Positions 53,537 to 64,000 of a DNA stretch of 64,000 nt are shown here, piece after piece. The first letter of the stretch is position 1, and each line of letters begins with the position of its first letter. Source of the DNA: Candidatus Poseidoniales archaeon (GTDB lineage Archaea > Thermoplasmatota > Poseidoniia > MGIII > CG-Epi1); assembly GCA_045567855.1 (NCBI GenBank), contig JBJLCC010000037.1:34625-98624 (forward strand). The letters run 5' to 3'. A program made the position numbers and the translations under genes. The notes under the pieces were generated by a model. The model had not been told where the DNA came from. It searched no databases and saw only the letters and a program-made list of their open reading frames with translations.

Positions 53537-54973
53537 CTAATCAAAACTCTCTGCAATCCATTTTGACTCTATTTTTTTATAAAATGCAAGGCTCAGTAGT
53601 GATAAAATTCCGCAGATAAGAGATAGTGCCACAAGGATGGTGGAGGGTCTATGATTAATTGCTAAGCTTAGTATTGTCATTGCAATCATAGGTGGAACAG
53701 ATACCAGGAAGAATTTGATGAAAACAAAAGCATCAAAAAGAGCAGAATTAGTTTTTAATCCAGTAGACATAGCTGTGTAATTTACTATGTAAATTCCAAC
53801 AGTTATCATTACTATCAATCCGATTGGAAGCAAACTTAATTCATTACTCATGTAGGAAATAAGTGTCATAAAAATTAGTGGAATCCACCAAGTGATAGTT
53901 CCAAATAAAAATAGCCTTGCTCTTATTATATCGGAGACTGTTATTGGCAGAGTTGAATAAAACTGTGGAGTATCAATTGAATTTAACCAAGAATAAAGCA
54001 TTGTGCCAAAAAACCCTATCATTACTCCATAAAATATGGTATTAAAATCAATCTGTATCGGCAATCCTCTATCCAAAAACCAGTTCATGAATGTCAGGAA
54101 TCCAAGAGGAAATAGGAATGAAAAAAACATTTTTGTTCCAGTTTTACTTCTTTCCAAATCTATTCTTTCCTTTGCAATAATTCCAGGTATGCCTATTTCT
54201 TTTGCCCAATTATATTTTTGAGTGTATTCTTTGAATCTATTCTTGTATCCTATTATGCTTATGCTGGTAGTATTTTTGTATTCTTTAATATTCATGGTAG
54301 CAACTAGTGATAAAATAATGGGAATTGCTGCACCTAAGAGTAATAGATTTATTTGCCGATTCAAATACCATTCCAGACTTCCTGTTATTTCATAATTGTA
54401 GAATATTACGGAGTAGCTGATGATGAAGATTATGGCAGATGAAATGCCTTGTATTAGCGAAATTCTGTAAAAACTCGATATATAATAGGAGAAAGATATT
54501 CCTGTACAAAATGAAAAATATAAAGTAAGGCTAAATGCCAATAGATTTGTTAGACTTATATCTGTGTAAATAGTCCCAATAATTGCACCTACCAAAGCAG
54601 GTAACATTGTAAATAAGGTATAAAATATAATTTCCTTGCAAAAATATAATAAAGTAATTTTTTTTTGGGTTATAGGCTGTGTAGTTGAGAGCCCCAGTAT
54701 TAATCCGAAGTATCCAAATATTCTTTCAAGAAATTCGTTTCCAAAGAAAGCTAGAGAGCCTGCAAAAAGGCCATAAAAGATTGCTGAAATATGCAGTATT
54801 TGTAAATAATCACGATATCCCATATCTTCTATCATCACGTCTGAAAATAATATAGCTAATAATCCAGAAATCATTACTAATATTGGAAAAGAAAAGAATC
54901 CTTTGCCACTAGCAAAACTAGTGTTTAGGCGAATTTCCTCTTGAAGCATTCTCATCAAAATTAGTCTATTCAT
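53537..54973 (-). CDS. ABC transporter permease (about 12 TM)
   Basis: Highly hydrophobic with two similar halves; ATGA overlap with the ABC ATPase. Confidence 0.75.
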   Translation of the reverse strand: MNRLILMRMLQEEIRLNTSFASGKGFFSFPILVMISGLLAILFSDVMIEDMGYRDYLQILHISAIFYGLFAGSLAFFGNEFLERIFGYFGLILGLSTTQPITQKKITLLYFCKEIIFYTLFTMLPALVGAIIGTIYTDISLTNLLAFSLTLYFSFCTGISFSYYISSFYRISLIQGISSAIIFIISYSVIFYNYEITGSLEWYLNRQINLLLLGAAIPIILSLVATMNIKEYKNTTSISIIGYKNRFKEYTQKYNWAKEIGIPGIIAKERIDLERSKTGTKMFFSFLFPLGFLTFMNWFLDRGLPIQIDFNTIFYGVMIGFFGTMLYSWLNSIDTPQFYSTLPITVSDIIRARLFLFGTITWWIPLIFMTLISYMSNELSLLPIGLIVMITVGIYIVNYTAMSTGLKTNSALFDAFVFIKFFLVSVPPMIAMTILSLAINHRPSTILVALSLICGILSLLSLAFYKKIESKWIAESFD

Positions 54974-55671
54974 TTGACAATCTCATGGAATAGCTTTTCA
55001 AGCGTAAGATTCTGTTTCTTCAAATCTTTTAAATTAATAAGAGATTGAATTCTACCTTGATGTATAATGGCCGCCCTGTGGCATAATCTTTCAGCGTTTT
55101 CTAGTAAATGTGTATTAATGAATACAGTTCCACCATCATCCACGTATTCTTTCAGCCATTGCCTAACTTTAGACTGAACAAGAGGATCAAGATTTATGAA
55201 TGGCTCATCTAAGAACATTAGTTTTGCATCAGATATGAAGGCTGAGGCCAACATGACCTTTTGCTTCTGACCTCTGGACAGGTTTCGACAAACTCTTCCC
55301 TCCATTAAATCCAGTTCAAAGAAATTTAACCAATAATCTATTTGTTTATCATCAATATTCCTTATATTAACAACTAATTCTAACACTTCTCTAGGTGTCA
55401 GGAAACTGGGCGGAGACTCTTGCTCAGGAACAATTGCTATCCTTGATTTTATATCCTTGAAGTGGTTGAAAGTTTCTAGCCCAAATACATCAGCTTTTCC
55501 CTCGGAAGGTTTTAGCTGACAGGTGAGAATTTTTAGTAGTGTAGTTTTACCAGCTCCGTTAGGCCCTAAGAGTCCAAAGAACTCACCCTCTTTTACTTCT
55601 AGTTCTACATTAGCTAGAGCTTCCACTTCATCATATCTTTTTGAAAGATTTTCACATTTTATTACAGACAT
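54970..55671 (-). CDS. ABC transporter ATP-binding protein
   Basis: GPNGAGKTT, LSRGQ, FLDEP, TH switch. Confidence 0.93.
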   Translation of the reverse strand: MSVIKCENLSKRYDEVEALANVELEVKEGEFFGLLGPNGAGKTTLLKILTCQLKPSEGKADVFGLETFNHFKDIKSRIAIVPEQESPPSFLTPREVLELVVNIRNIDDKQIDYWLNFFELDLMEGRVCRNLSRGQKQKVMLASAFISDAKLMFLDEPFINLDPLVQSKVRQWLKEYVDDGGTVFINTHLLENAERLCHRAAIIHQGRIQSLINLKDLKKQNLTLEKLFHEIVK

Positions 55672-56067
55672 CTAAGAAAACATTTTTTTAATAGTTCTAG
55701 AGATAATACTCTTATCATTTGAATCCACTTCAGGTTTTTCTTTGTCCTTTCCAAAAATACTCTTTCTTATAAAAAACATGTTATCTTCATAGTTTAGTGT
55801 ATCTTTTCCTACTAGCCTCATAGGCAAAGGTAGAATCTCCCAGGTTTTATCAATTATACTTTGATATTTTTTGTCATTATTAATATATGAAAGACCTTTA
55901 CCGGCAATTCCATTCATAGATGAAATAATAATCTTTGTTGCCAAGCCTAATACTACGGAATCAGCTTTATTCTTTGCCATTTCTGATGCTGCAGATGCGG
56001 AATTGTTAATTTCCTTACTTATTCCCTTTACGTTTTGATTAATTTTATTTTTTATATCTTCAAGCAT
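55672..56067 (-). CDS. Hypothetical protein
   Basis: 131-aa ORF abutting the ABC ATPase; WEILPLPMRL motif; no family recognised. Confidence 0.65.
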   Translation of the reverse strand: MLEDIKNKINQNVKGISKEINNSASAASEMAKNKADSVVLGLATKIIISSMNGIAGKGLSYINNDKKYQSIIDKTWEILPLPMRLVGKDTLNYEDNMFFIRKSIFGKDKEKPEVDSNDKSIISRTIKKMFS

Positions 56068-56087
56068 ATTATGGTATTCTCTTTATG

Positions 56088-56831
56088 TTAATTAAATCTG
56101 TCCTGTTCGACAGCTCTCCAAAGATATGTCCCAAGTAGGGCTAAAGCGTAGGCAAAACATACTTCAGAATATTCGTTGAATTCTTCTAATTCTTCAGTTA
56201 CAAGTGGTGAAAGAACCTCTATAAGTATAAATATTATTCCAACTACAAAAGCAGGAACAATCGATCTTGGAATTTTCAATACCCAGGTGCTTAAATGTGA
56301 AAATTTTGCCGGTATTAATGTTTCACTCCAAGGCCTTCTAAATGCGTGTGGGATTATTGAGGTATAAGTTGAAAATACTATTGCACCAAAGGCAAGAAAA
56401 ATTTCCATATTTTCTCGATGGTGAAGATTCATCGCATCTCCTTTAGTGGCATCTTTAGAAGAATCTGACAATTCATAACCTATAGCTCTCTGGCCAAATT
56501 CTAATTCTTGAAGTGATGCATATAGAGCAACAGAAAAAAAGGCAAGTAATTGTATAGTTACAAATAAACGTTTCAAGTTTGTAACACCCTTGTGCTTTAA
56601 TTCGTTTAGTATATATCTTCCCATTCCTACTATAGCAATAAAAAGGAAGAAGACAGTTAAATTTTCAATGTATCCATCCTCATATTGCAGTCTGTCAAAA
56701 AAATTTGGACTTATTAGGAAAAGAATTATTATAGAGAGTAAGGCGAAAATAGAACTTTTTGCAACAAAACCTCTGTAGATGCCTTCTAGATTTTCAATTT
56801 CTAATTCTGAAAAGTGTTTTTCCGCTTTCAT
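56088..56831 (-). CDS. Hypothetical multi-TM membrane protein
   Basis: About 6 TMs; EDGYIENLT, QELEFGQR, MNLH, EYSE motifs. Confidence 0.75.
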   Translation of the reverse strand: MKAEKHFSELEIENLEGIYRGFVAKSSIFALLSIIILFLISPNFFDRLQYEDGYIENLTVFFLFIAIVGMGRYILNELKHKGVTNLKRLFVTIQLLAFFSVALYASLQELEFGQRAIGYELSDSSKDATKGDAMNLHHRENMEIFLAFGAIVFSTYTSIIPHAFRRPWSETLIPAKFSHLSTWVLKIPRSIVPAFVVGIIFILIEVLSPLVTEELEEFNEYSEVCFAYALALLGTYLWRAVEQDRFN

Positions 56832-56944
56832 ATCCTCTCTTTGTCCTTAATTGAACAGCTAATATTATTTGAACTATGACGTTCTTATTTATAAACTTTG
56901 TAGACCAATTCTATTATTAATTCATGTTTCCAGAGGTATTTCAA

Positions 56945-57031
56945 GCGGGGGTCGCATAGCCAGGCCAATTGCGCTGGGTTTAGGTCCCAGTCCTTAGTGG
57001 TACGAGGGTTCAAATCCCTCCCCCCGCACCA
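56945..57031 (+). tRNA. tRNA-Leu (TAG), encoded CCA
   Basis: GCGGGGG/CCCCCGC acceptor; CTGGG-TTTAGGT-CCCAG anticodon arm; long variable arm; GAGGG-TTCAAAT-CCCTC. Confidence 0.95.
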
Positions 57032-57078
57032 TTCATTTGCCGCAATAAACTTTAACCATTTCCTGCATTATGTTAATC

Positions 57079-57915
57079 ATGTTTGGGGGTATAGAGCTCG
57101 GAGGCACAAAGTGCATACTAGCAGTGGCAGAGTCTCCAAGGAATATTATTTCAAAAAAAATTATTAGTACTGGGTACCCTGAAAATACTTTCTCTGAAAT
57201 TTATTCTTTCTTCAGTGATTATTCGATAACGAGGCTTGGTGTAGGTTCTTTTGGACCAATCATTTTAAACCCCGAATCAGAAAAGTTTGGCACAATCGTA
57301 TCCGAAAGTAAGGACTTTTGGGAAGGAGTTAATGTATTTCATTCCTTAGAAAAAATTTGCACGACTATTTCCATAGATACTGATGTAAATGCTGCAGCAA
57401 TTGGTGAATACAAGTATGGATTAGGGGCAAAATGTCAAACACTAGCTTATGTCACCGTAGGGACAGGTATAGGCGTAGGTGTACTTTTAGATGGAAAACC
57501 TTTTAGAGGTAATTTTCATCTAGAAGCTGGACACATGAAGATTCCTAATAAGGAAAATTATACTGGAGTATGCAAACTACATGGAGATTGTTGGGAAGGA
57601 TTGGCAAGTGGCCCATCAATGAAGGCTAGATGGGGAGTTGATCCTGTAGAACTACCTGAGAATCATGAAGCTTGGGCTATTGAAGCGGATTTATTGTCTC
57701 TTGGTCTGATAAATATAATAAGTAATCACTCTCCAGATAAGATTATTTTAGGCGGTGGAGTAATGTCTCAAAGGCATTTGCTTCCAATGATAAGGAACAA
57801 TATAGGTAAATTTTGGAATAACTTCACTCCTTTAGGTAATATTTCAGATTTAATTACTAGCCCCGTTTTGGGAAAAGATTCAGGAATAATTGGCTCATTA
57901 TCTTTAGTATGTTGA
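57079..57915 (+). CDS. ROK family sugar kinase (fructokinase-like)
   Basis: GIELGGTK, GSFGP, DTDVNAAA, TVGTGIG, EAGH, C..HGDCWEGLASG. Confidence 0.9.
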   Translation: MFGGIELGGTKCILAVAESPRNIISKKIISTGYPENTFSEIYSFFSDYSITRLGVGSFGPIILNPESEKFGTIVSESKDFWEGVNVFHSLEKICTTISIDTDVNAAAIGEYKYGLGAKCQTLAYVTVGTGIGVGVLLDGKPFRGNFHLEAGHMKIPNKENYTGVCKLHGDCWEGLASGPSMKARWGVDPVELPENHEAWAIEADLLSLGLINIISNHSPDKIILGGGVMSQRHLLPMIRNNIGKFWNNFTPLGNISDLITSPVLGKDSGIIGSLSLVC

Positions 57916-57919
57916 TTTA

Positions 57920-57995
57920 TGGTGGTCCCGCCCAGATTTGAACTGGAGTCTATACCACCCCAAGGTACAAGGATGCCAAGCTACCCCACGGGACC
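57920..57995 (-). tRNA. tRNA-Pro (GGG), encoded CCA
   Basis: GGTCCCG/CGGGACC acceptor; GTACC-TTGGGGT-GGTAT anticodon arm; TCCAG-TTCAAAT-CTGGG. Confidence 0.93.
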
Positions 57996-58026
57996 CCAAG
58001 AACAATTTTGGACGATAATAAAAAAA

Positions 58027-58218
58027 TTAATCGTAAGGTAGTAACTCATCAATCAAATCTAAATGAGATACATAAATTTTTCTACAGCAGTATCGTTTGA
58101 TTCCCAAATCATCCATTACTTTTGCAGGATCTTCGCCACTTTCTCTTCTTTCAACAAATTCTTCGTAGGTGCCGCCTACAACTTTATTGCAACTGAAACA
58201 TCTTACTGGTACTAACAT
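58027..58218 (-). CDS. rpoN: RNA polymerase subunit N (Rpo10)
   Basis: MLVPVRCFSC...DDLG..RYCCR. Start at ATG 58218. Confidence 0.96.
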   Translation of the reverse strand: MLVPVRCFSCNKVVGGTYEEFVERRESGEDPAKVMDDLGIKRYCCRKIYVSHLDLIDELLPYD

Positions 58219-58225
58219 ATATTGA

Positions 58226-58627
58226 TCACCTGTATGACTTCTGCCTCTTTTTCCTTGCTCCACGCCCGAGCGGATGCTTAGGTTCTTTACGTCTTGTATC
58301 GTTTACTAAGAGTGCACGATCATAACTTTGAAATAATTTCTGTAAATCTTCATCACCAAACCACTCTATAATGCCTCTAGCAATTGCAGTTCTAGAAGCT
58401 TCAGCTTGCCCCATGACCCCTCCACCTGCAACACTTACATTGATGTCTATACGGTTTTTTTGTTTCCCAGCTAATTCTAAAGGTTCTTGAATTTTAAGCC
58501 TTGCCAATTCGGGTTGGTAAAATTCTACTGGTTTATTATTAATTCTGACTCTTCCTTTGCCGGATTTGAAAGTAGCCCTGGCTATAGCCGTTTTTCTTTT
58601 CCCGCTTGTATGGATGATTTTTGCCAT
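58226..58627 (-). CDS. rps9: 30S ribosomal protein S9
   Basis: [26 protein letters not shown]. Start at ATG 58627. Confidence 0.97.
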   Translation of the reverse strand: MAKIIHTSGKRKTAIARATFKSGKGRVRINNKPVEFYQPELARLKIQEPLELAGKQKNRIDINVSVAGGGVMGQAEASRTAIARGIIEWFGDEDLQKLFQSYDRALLVNDTRRKEPKHPLGRGARKKRQKSYR

Positions 58628-58628
58628 T

Positions 58629-59042
58629 TTAGAATTTAGCTCCCAATATTTTGGATATGTCACCAAGTGATACATATTTAGTATTATCATTCATCTGAGC
58701 TTTATCTACAGTTTCTACCTTTGCATCTTCAATGGAGGAAGGCTTTCCAATGTCAACTTTTAATCTTTTAAATGCTTCTCTTCCACGAGGTTTCTGATAA
58801 GGAATCATTCCTCTTACTGCCCTCTTCAGCATAAGATGAGGCATTCTGGGGTAAAATGGACCTTTTCTTGGGTGGTTCAATTGTCTTTTTTCAACATATT
58901 CTCCAACAACGCTATCTCTATTTCCGGAGATCATAGCTTTTTCCGCGTTAATGATATGTATTTCATCACCATTTAACAAACTCTTTGCTGCATGGCTAGC
59001 TAATCTTCCCATGATACACCCACTTGCGTCTAATATTTTCAT
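58629..59042 (-). CDS. rpl13: 50S ribosomal protein L13
   Basis: DA...IMGRLAS, GPFYPR.P, RAVRGM.P. Confidence 0.97.
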   Translation of the reverse strand: MKILDASGCIMGRLASHAAKSLLNGDEIHIINAEKAMISGNRDSVVGEYVEKRQLNHPRKGPFYPRMPHLMLKRAVRGMIPYQKPRGREAFKRLKVDIGKPSSIEDAKVETVDKAQMNDNTKYVSLGDISKILGAKF

Positions 59043-59413
59043 TAACCAATCACCATAACATCTTTACCAGTTGGATTCTTTTTAATAAAATCGTTATAAA
59101 TCATGCATTTGCCACCAGCGCTTTCAATTTTTTGGACTGCAGATTTTGTGAAGCTATATGCCGAGACAGTAACCTTCTTACTTAAATTTCCGCTACCCAG
59201 TATCTTTCCCGGAATTAGCACTTTTCCATTTTTAGCAGCATTATATTCAATTTTACTTATGTTAACTACAGGCCAATTTCTACTAGGTCCTTCTAATTTC
59301 TTAGCAATACTTTTCCAGATTGGCGCATCATTCTCTCTTGACGCAGCTCTAAGCTCATTGATAGTCTTGACTAGTTCTGAGTTGCTTTTCTTTGAAATTT
59401 GCTTCTTTGACAT
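59042..59413 (-). CDS. rpl18e: 50S ribosomal protein L18e
   Basis: IW..IA..L..P.R, VN.SKI, PGK.LGSG, KI..AGG. Confidence 0.96.
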   Translation of the reverse strand: MSKKQISKKSNSELVKTINELRAASRENDAPIWKSIAKKLEGPSRNWPVVNISKIEYNAAKNGKVLIPGKILGSGNLSKKVTVSAYSFTKSAVQKIESAGGKCMIYNDFIKKNPTGKDVMVIG

Positions 59414-59463
59414 AGTCTTTCTTAAAGTCAGATTGGCGGCCAGACTGTGCCGTATTTAAAGTA

Positions 59464-60072
59464 TTAGTCGGACTTAATTATTACTTTACCCTTGTTTATC
59501 TCCAATTTTCCAGAAGTTAAGAGATGCAGAGCCTTTGGAAAAATGTAATGTTCAAGTGGTAGTATTTTTGAAGCTAATGTGTCTTCATCATCATTTGCAT
59601 CTACAGTTACGGATTGCTGCATTATTATAGGTCCCGTATCAACACCTTCGTCTACAATGTGGACTGTACATCCACTTTCTTTAGCTCCAGCTCTAATGGC
59701 ATCTCTGTGCGCATGAGCTCCAGGGAATGAAGGTAAAAGTGAAGGGTGTATGTTAATTATTTTATTTTTGTACTCTTCGATAAAAGCCTTTGATAGTATC
59801 CTCATAAATCCAGCTAATACAATGATCTCAATATTGTTCTCTCTCAGAACATCTAATACTTCTTGGTCAAATTCTTCTCGTTTCTTATTATATGACTCAA
59901 TAATTTTGTAATTAATTTTGTGTTTTTTCGCCCTTTCGATAGCATACGCTTCTTCTTTATTAGCAATAAGTAGAATAATGTTGCAATTTGGAAGCTCGTC
60001 TCTGCTTGCAGCATCTATGATTGATTGAAAATTACTACCGTTCCCAGACGCTAAAATTGCAACACGCATCAT
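59464..60072 (-). CDS. purN: Phosphoribosylglycinamide formyltransferase
   Basis: SGNGSNFQ, LAGFMRIL, NIHPSLLP, GCTVH, D.GPII.Q. Confidence 0.95.
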   Translation of the reverse strand: MMRVAILASGNGSNFQSIIDAASRDELPNCNIILLIANKEEAYAIERAKKHKINYKIIESYNKKREEFDQEVLDVLRENNIEIIVLAGFMRILSKAFIEEYKNKIINIHPSLLPSFPGAHAHRDAIRAGAKESGCTVHIVDEGVDTGPIIMQQSVTVDANDDEDTLASKILPLEHYIFPKALHLLTSGKLEINKGKVIIKSD

Positions 60073-60096
60073 TTAATAATTACCAACCCTTTCATA

Positions 60097-60732
60097 TTAT
60101 ATTCTGCAATATTTTAATAATATTCCATTTCCTAACTTTTCTGCACTCTCAAGTGACAGTTTAAGTGTGTCCATCTTTGTTGTAAATCCCTCTCCGCCTG
60201 CTGCAGTAGGAGTTTTCTCTCCACCTACAATTAAACTCGCAACAAAGATATTTATTTCATCGAACAAGTTCTCATTTATGAATGACCAAAGAACAGTTTC
60301 TCCACCTTCCACTAGTATATTTTTGATTCCTTTATCAAATAATTTTTCAATTAATAATTTTATGTTTATTTCCTCTTCTCCGCACTTGATTATTTCAGAA
60401 TCTCCTATACTCCCTCTATTGAAATCGTTTCCTACGGCTATTATTGTTTTAGCATGATTATTCAGTATATTAGAATCTAATGGCGTTCTTCCGTTAGTAT
60501 CAAGAATCACTCTTACCGGGTTATTATCTATATCTTCACTATTTTTTATTGTCAAGTTGGGGTTATCTTCCAGAACTGTTCCGATACCTACCAAAATTGC
60601 GTCAGATTTCCTCCTAAGGTGATTAACTCTCTCCATATCTTCCTCATTTGAAAGCCTTATTTGCTTTCTGTTGGGTAGTGCAATCTTCCCGTCTGCTGAC
60701 ATTGCACAGTTAATGATTATACGATTCTTCAC
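60097..60732 (-). CDS. 2,5-diamino-6-ribosylamino-4(3H)-pyrimidinone 5'-phosphate reductase (RibD reductase / Rib7-like)
   Basis: AMSADGKIA, DAILVGIGTVLEDNP.L, P.RVILD, VEGG. Confidence 0.9.
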   Translation of the reverse strand: MKNRIIINCAMSADGKIALPNRKQIRLSNEEDMERVNHLRRKSDAILVGIGTVLEDNPNLTIKNSEDIDNNPVRVILDTNGRTPLDSNILNNHAKTIIAVGNDFNRGSIGDSEIIKCGEEEINIKLLIEKLFDKGIKNILVEGGETVLWSFINENLFDEINIFVASLIVGGEKTPTAAGGEGFTTKMDTLKLSLESAEKLGNGILLKYCRI

Positions 60733-60786
60733 ACGTTACATAAGAGTGTGGATTAAATAAAGTGAGTAAGTACTTATTTTTGAGTA

Positions 60787-61596
60787 TTAATATTCTTCTT
60801 TCTCATTTGGAAAATCTTGGCTTTTTACATCGCCGATGTAGCTTTTGACAGCCTCGTTAATTTCCTCATACAAATTTAAGTACCTTCTTAGAAATCTTGG
60901 ATTAAATTCGTGTGTCATTCCTAGCATGTCGTGTAAAACGAGTACTTGACCATCTACGCCATTTCCAGCTCCAATGCCTATTACTGGAATGTCTAGCTCT
61001 TCACTTACCTTTTTAGCTAAGTCTGCCGGAATTTTTTCTAGTACAATTGCAAAACATCCGGTCTTTTGTAGTGTTTTTGCATCCTCAATAAGTTTTTTTG
61101 CTTCATCATTTTGCTTAGCTCGAACGGTATACGTTCCAAATTTGTATATTGATTGGGGTGTGAGTCCCAAATGACCCATTACTGGAATTCCTGCTGTTAG
61201 AATCCTCTCGACAGACTCTATGATTTCAGTTCCTCCTTCAAGTTTTACAGCATGAGCACCTGATTCTTTCATAATTCTAATTGATGATCTTAGTGCTTTT
61301 TTTGAATCGCCTTGGTAAGAACCGAACGGTAGGTCAACAACGACTAAAGATCTTTTGGCACCTTTTACCACAGAACTTGCATGGTATATCATGTGATCTA
61401 GAGTTATGGGAAGTGTTGTTTCATGGCCCGCCATTACATTGGAAGCTGAATCTCCGACTAATATAACATCAATTCCTGCATTATCAACAATTTTGGCAAG
61501 AGTATAATCGTATGAGGTAAGCATAGAAATCTTCTCCTTATTTTCTTTCATATCCTGTAAAACATTCGTTGTTATTCTCTTGTATTTCTTAGCCAT
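60787..61596 (-). CDS. panB: 3-methyl-2-oxobutanoate hydroxymethyltransferase
   Basis: [40 protein letters not shown]. Confidence 0.96.
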   Translation of the reverse strand: MAKKYKRITTNVLQDMKENKEKISMLTSYDYTLAKIVDNAGIDVILVGDSASNVMAGHETTLPITLDHMIYHASSVVKGAKRSLVVVDLPFGSYQGDSKKALRSSIRIMKESGAHAVKLEGGTEIIESVERILTAGIPVMGHLGLTPQSIYKFGTYTVRAKQNDEAKKLIEDAKTLQKTGCFAIVLEKIPADLAKKVSEELDIPVIGIGAGNGVDGQVLVLHDMLGMTHEFNPRFLRRYLNLYEEINEAVKSYIGDVKSQDFPNEKEEY

Positions 61597-61667
61597 TTCA
61601 CTCAATTATATTGACGTGGCTAGTTATGCTTTTTTATGGCTTTTTTTTTCGGCATTAGTCCGAACGC

Positions 61668-61675
61668 TTTTAATA
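61668..61675 (+). promoter_or_regulatory. TATA box of the complex I (nuo) operon
   Basis: TTTTAATA starts 29 nt before GTG 61697. Confidence 0.55.
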
Positions 61676-61696
61676 GGGTTGTACAGAAGGGGAGAT

Positions 61697-62056
61697 GTGC
61701 TTGGACATGAGTACGTTCCGATAGGTATTTTTGCGCTTATAGCGCTGTCATTTCCTATTTTGACATTCTTTGCTGGGAGATTCTTCCGTCCCAATAATGA
61801 CAATGCTCTAAAAAATTCAACCTATGAGTGTGGTGAAGTACCTGTGGGAGAAGCTCACATTCAGTTCCATTTTCAGTATTACATGTTTGCTATTTTATTC
61901 GTAGTTTTTGATTTGGTAGTAGTATTTTTAATTTTGTGGGTTCAAGTATACATGGTACTCCAGGTGTCTGCAAAAATAATTATGATGCTATTTTTACTTA
62001 TAACTCTTTTAGGTTTGTGGTATGCATTTAGAAAAGAGGATGTGATATGGATATGA
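61697..62056 (+). CDS. nuoA: NADH-quinone oxidoreductase subunit A
   Basis: K.STYECG, F.FQYYMFAILFVVFD. Start taken at GTG 61697. Confidence 0.93.
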   Translation: MLGHEYVPIGIFALIALSFPILTFFAGRFFRPNNDNALKNSTYECGEVPVGEAHIQFHFQYYMFAILFVVFDLVVVFLILWVQVYMVLQVSAKIIMMLFLLITLLGLWYAFRKEDVIWI

Positions 62057-62694
62057 GTGCCAAAGGAATAAGAGGAAATGTGGAACTTAGAAGAGGTCTT
62101 GGCTCTAAGACTACAGACCGCGAAAAGATAATGGAGGATGGTCCTGCAGGTGATTGGTTGGCTTTACGTTCAGATCACTTACTAAAATGGATTGATGATG
62201 CAGTTTACAATGCATCTGAAGCTACTGGCATGAGGGAAGTTGTAAATCGTGTTACAAGGCCAATATTTAATTTCGCTCAGAGATTTTCTCCACATCCGCT
62301 GCATTTTGGTATAATGTGTTGTGCAATTGAAATGGGGCAAGCTTCAGCTCCAGATCATGATATTGATAGATTAGGTCTTGTTTATCGTTCATCGCCTAGG
62401 CAGTGCGATGTTCTTATAGTCAATGGGCCAGTTTGTGAAAAATTACGTCCTAAACTAAAAACATTGTATGAGCAAATGCCAGAGCCCAAGTGGGTTATCG
62501 CAATGGGTGAATGCGCTATATCTGGTGGACCTTACTGGGATTCATACTCCGTAGTTGCAGGAGCAGATACATTTATGCCAGTTGATGTTTATATCCCAGG
62601 CTGTCCTGTGAGGCCTGAAGCATTGATGCATGGTTTTTTAACTTTGCAAAAGAAAATACGTGAGAAAGAACCGGGAATGTTCTTAAGGCGCTAA
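62047..62694 (+). CDS. nuoB: NADH-quinone oxidoreductase subunit B
   Basis: [40 protein letters not shown]. Confidence 0.95.
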   Translation: MDMSAKGIRGNVELRRGLGSKTTDREKIMEDGPAGDWLALRSDHLLKWIDDAVYNASEATGMREVVNRVTRPIFNFAQRFSPHPLHFGIMCCAIEMGQASAPDHDIDRLGLVYRSSPRQCDVLIVNGPVCEKLRPKLKTLYEQMPEPKWVIAMGECAISGGPYWDSYSVVAGADTFMPVDVYIPGCPVRPEALMHGFLTLQKKIREKEPGMFLRR

Positions 62695-62698
62695 TTCG

Positions 62699-63178
62699 AT
62701 GGATTTTAAGGGATTGCAAAATAAATTAAAAGCAATGAAAGGAGTTTCAAAGCTTTCATTGGTTCGCGCAAATGTCATTAAGTTAGATTTAGATAAATCA
62801 TTGTCTAAAGTTTTTTTTACAAAACTCAAAGAGCAGTTTTATTTTGAACATTGTTCACTCATAACGGCTATTGACAACCAACCGAATTTTGAATTAGTTT
62901 ATCATTTGTCTTGCCTCAGTGGTGAACTAAAAGTTGGAGATACGAAAATGTCAGCTATGGTTGAAGTTCATATTCATCTAGAGAGAGATTCTCCAGCAAT
63001 TGATTCAGTTTCAGATCTTTGGTTTGGAGCTAATTGGCACGAACGTGAGGCTTTTGACTTAATGGGTATTTACTTTATCGGCCATCCGGACCTCCGCAGA
63101 GTTCTTTTGCCAGAGGGTTTCGCAGGACATCCTCTTAGGAAAGATTATGTGTATGAAATACACGAGGAGGAGTGGTAA
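62699..63178 (+). CDS. nuoC: NADH-quinone oxidoreductase subunit C
   Basis: [29 protein letters not shown]. Confidence 0.95.
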   Translation: MDFKGLQNKLKAMKGVSKLSLVRANVIKLDLDKSLSKVFFTKLKEQFYFEHCSLITAIDNQPNFELVYHLSCLSGELKVGDTKMSAMVEVHIHLERDSPAIDSVSDLWFGANWHEREAFDLMGIYFIGHPDLRRVLLPEGFAGHPLRKDYVYEIHEEEW

Positions 63179-64000
63179 TGGCTGAAATGTGGATAAGTAT
63201 GGGTCCGCAGCATCCTATGACTCACGGTCTTTGGACTCTTAAAGTTAAAGTGGACGGAGAGACGATTGTCGATGCAGACCCAGAGCTCGGTTATTTACAT
63301 CGATCAGTTGAAAAAATGGGTGAACGAAGGAAATACTTCATGAATACCACTTTAACAGACAGGCTGTGTTATGCTAGTTCAACTACTTGGACCCATAGTT
63401 ATGTTCTTGCTGTGGAAGAATTAATGGAAGTTGAGATTCCTACAAGAGCACAATATATTAGGACAATTATGCTTGAACTACAAAGATTAGCATCTCATCT
63501 AATGTGGGCTGGAGCTTACATGCCTGATCTAGGACACATTACGGGTGCACTTTATTTTTGGAGAGATCGTGAATTATTTTTAAACTTACTTGAGCTTCCT
63601 AGTGGTAGTCGTCTACTTTACAACTATATTAGAATTGGTGGAGTCAAGAGAGATTTACCCGATGGTTTTGAACAGAAAACAGAAAGAATTTTAAAACTGT
63701 TTGAGCAAAGGCTTGATGAATATGCGGATCTTTTTGAAAATTCAAAAATATTCAGAATGAGAACTGAAGATGTCGGTAAATTTACTGGCACTCAAGCTAT
63801 GAATATGGGAATAACTGGCCCTAATTTAAGAGGCTGCGGTGTTAAGCATGATTTGCGTGTGGAAGACACCTATGAGATTTATGATGAAATTGATTGGGAT
63901 GTTTGTACAAGGGAGGCAGGTCCAGGATATAGCGACTGTTTCAGCAGGTATATGGTTAGGATTGATGAGATGAAGGAGTCAGTTCGGATTATACGAGACT
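63178..64000 (+). CDS. nuoD: NADH-quinone oxidoreductase subunit D (partial, runs off window)
   Basis: Not in the ORF track. [17 protein letters not shown]...GYLHRSVEK...DRLCY...ELQRLASH; ATG overlaps the nuoC stop. Confidence 0.93.
   Translation, partial: MAEMWISMGPQHPMTHGLWTLKVKVDGETIVDADPELGYLHRSVEKMGERRKYFMNTTLTDRLCYASSTTWTHSYVLAVEELMEVEIPTRAQYIRTIMLELQRLASHLMWAGAYMPDLGHITGALYFWRDRELFLNLLELPSGSRLLYNYIRIGGVKRDLPDGFEQKTERILKLFEQRLDEYADLFENSKIFRMRTEDVGKFTGTQAMNMGITGPNLRGCGVKHDLRVEDTYEIYDEIDWDVCTREAGPGYSDCFSRYMVRIDEMKESVRIIRD

Noticed and set aside
58219..58690. Long N-terminal extensions of rpoN and rps9 in the ORF track
   Set aside because: They overlap upstream genes; conserved starts are at 58218 and 58627.
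61580..61696. Extended nuoA start overlapping panB
   Set aside because: TATA spacing and homology support GTG 61697.

Overview
Gene-dense, AT-rich archaeal chromosome segment, most consistent with a marine Thermoplasmatota (Marine Group II/III-like; inference from gene content and protein style). Archaeal markers include TFB, PCNA, aIF2-gamma, S6e, L18e, Rpo10, thermosome, proteasome beta, aCPSF1, aTrm56, Alba and Sec61-beta. These are mixed with bacterial-type metabolic genes (aceE, panB, argF, hbd, purN, purA, class II HMG-CoA reductase, ROK kinase). There are about 65 CDS and 3 tRNAs (Cys-GCA, Leu-TAG, Pro-GGG). I saw no rRNA, CRISPR array, transposase or integrase. The best candidate for an undescribed system is the head-to-head pair at 23244-28796: (i) a Zn-ribbon plus about 12-TM membrane protein ending in an McrB-type AAA+ GTPase domain, with no McrC nearby; (ii) a 4-TM membrane anchor with a long coiled coil ending in a near full-length but catalytically degenerate bacterial GreA-like module. 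Other leads: an Elp3 gene followed by a glutaminase-less asparagine-synthase-like ATPase (possible cm5U to ncm5U amidase), a squalene-synthase-like gene near HMG-CoA reductase and an MMPL/RND transporter, a tRNA-Cys with an A73 discriminator, a two-TM Sec61-beta, a SpeY-like DHS homolog, and a hidden ATA-start membrane mini-protein. All family calls are from motif recognition by eye; no searches were run.
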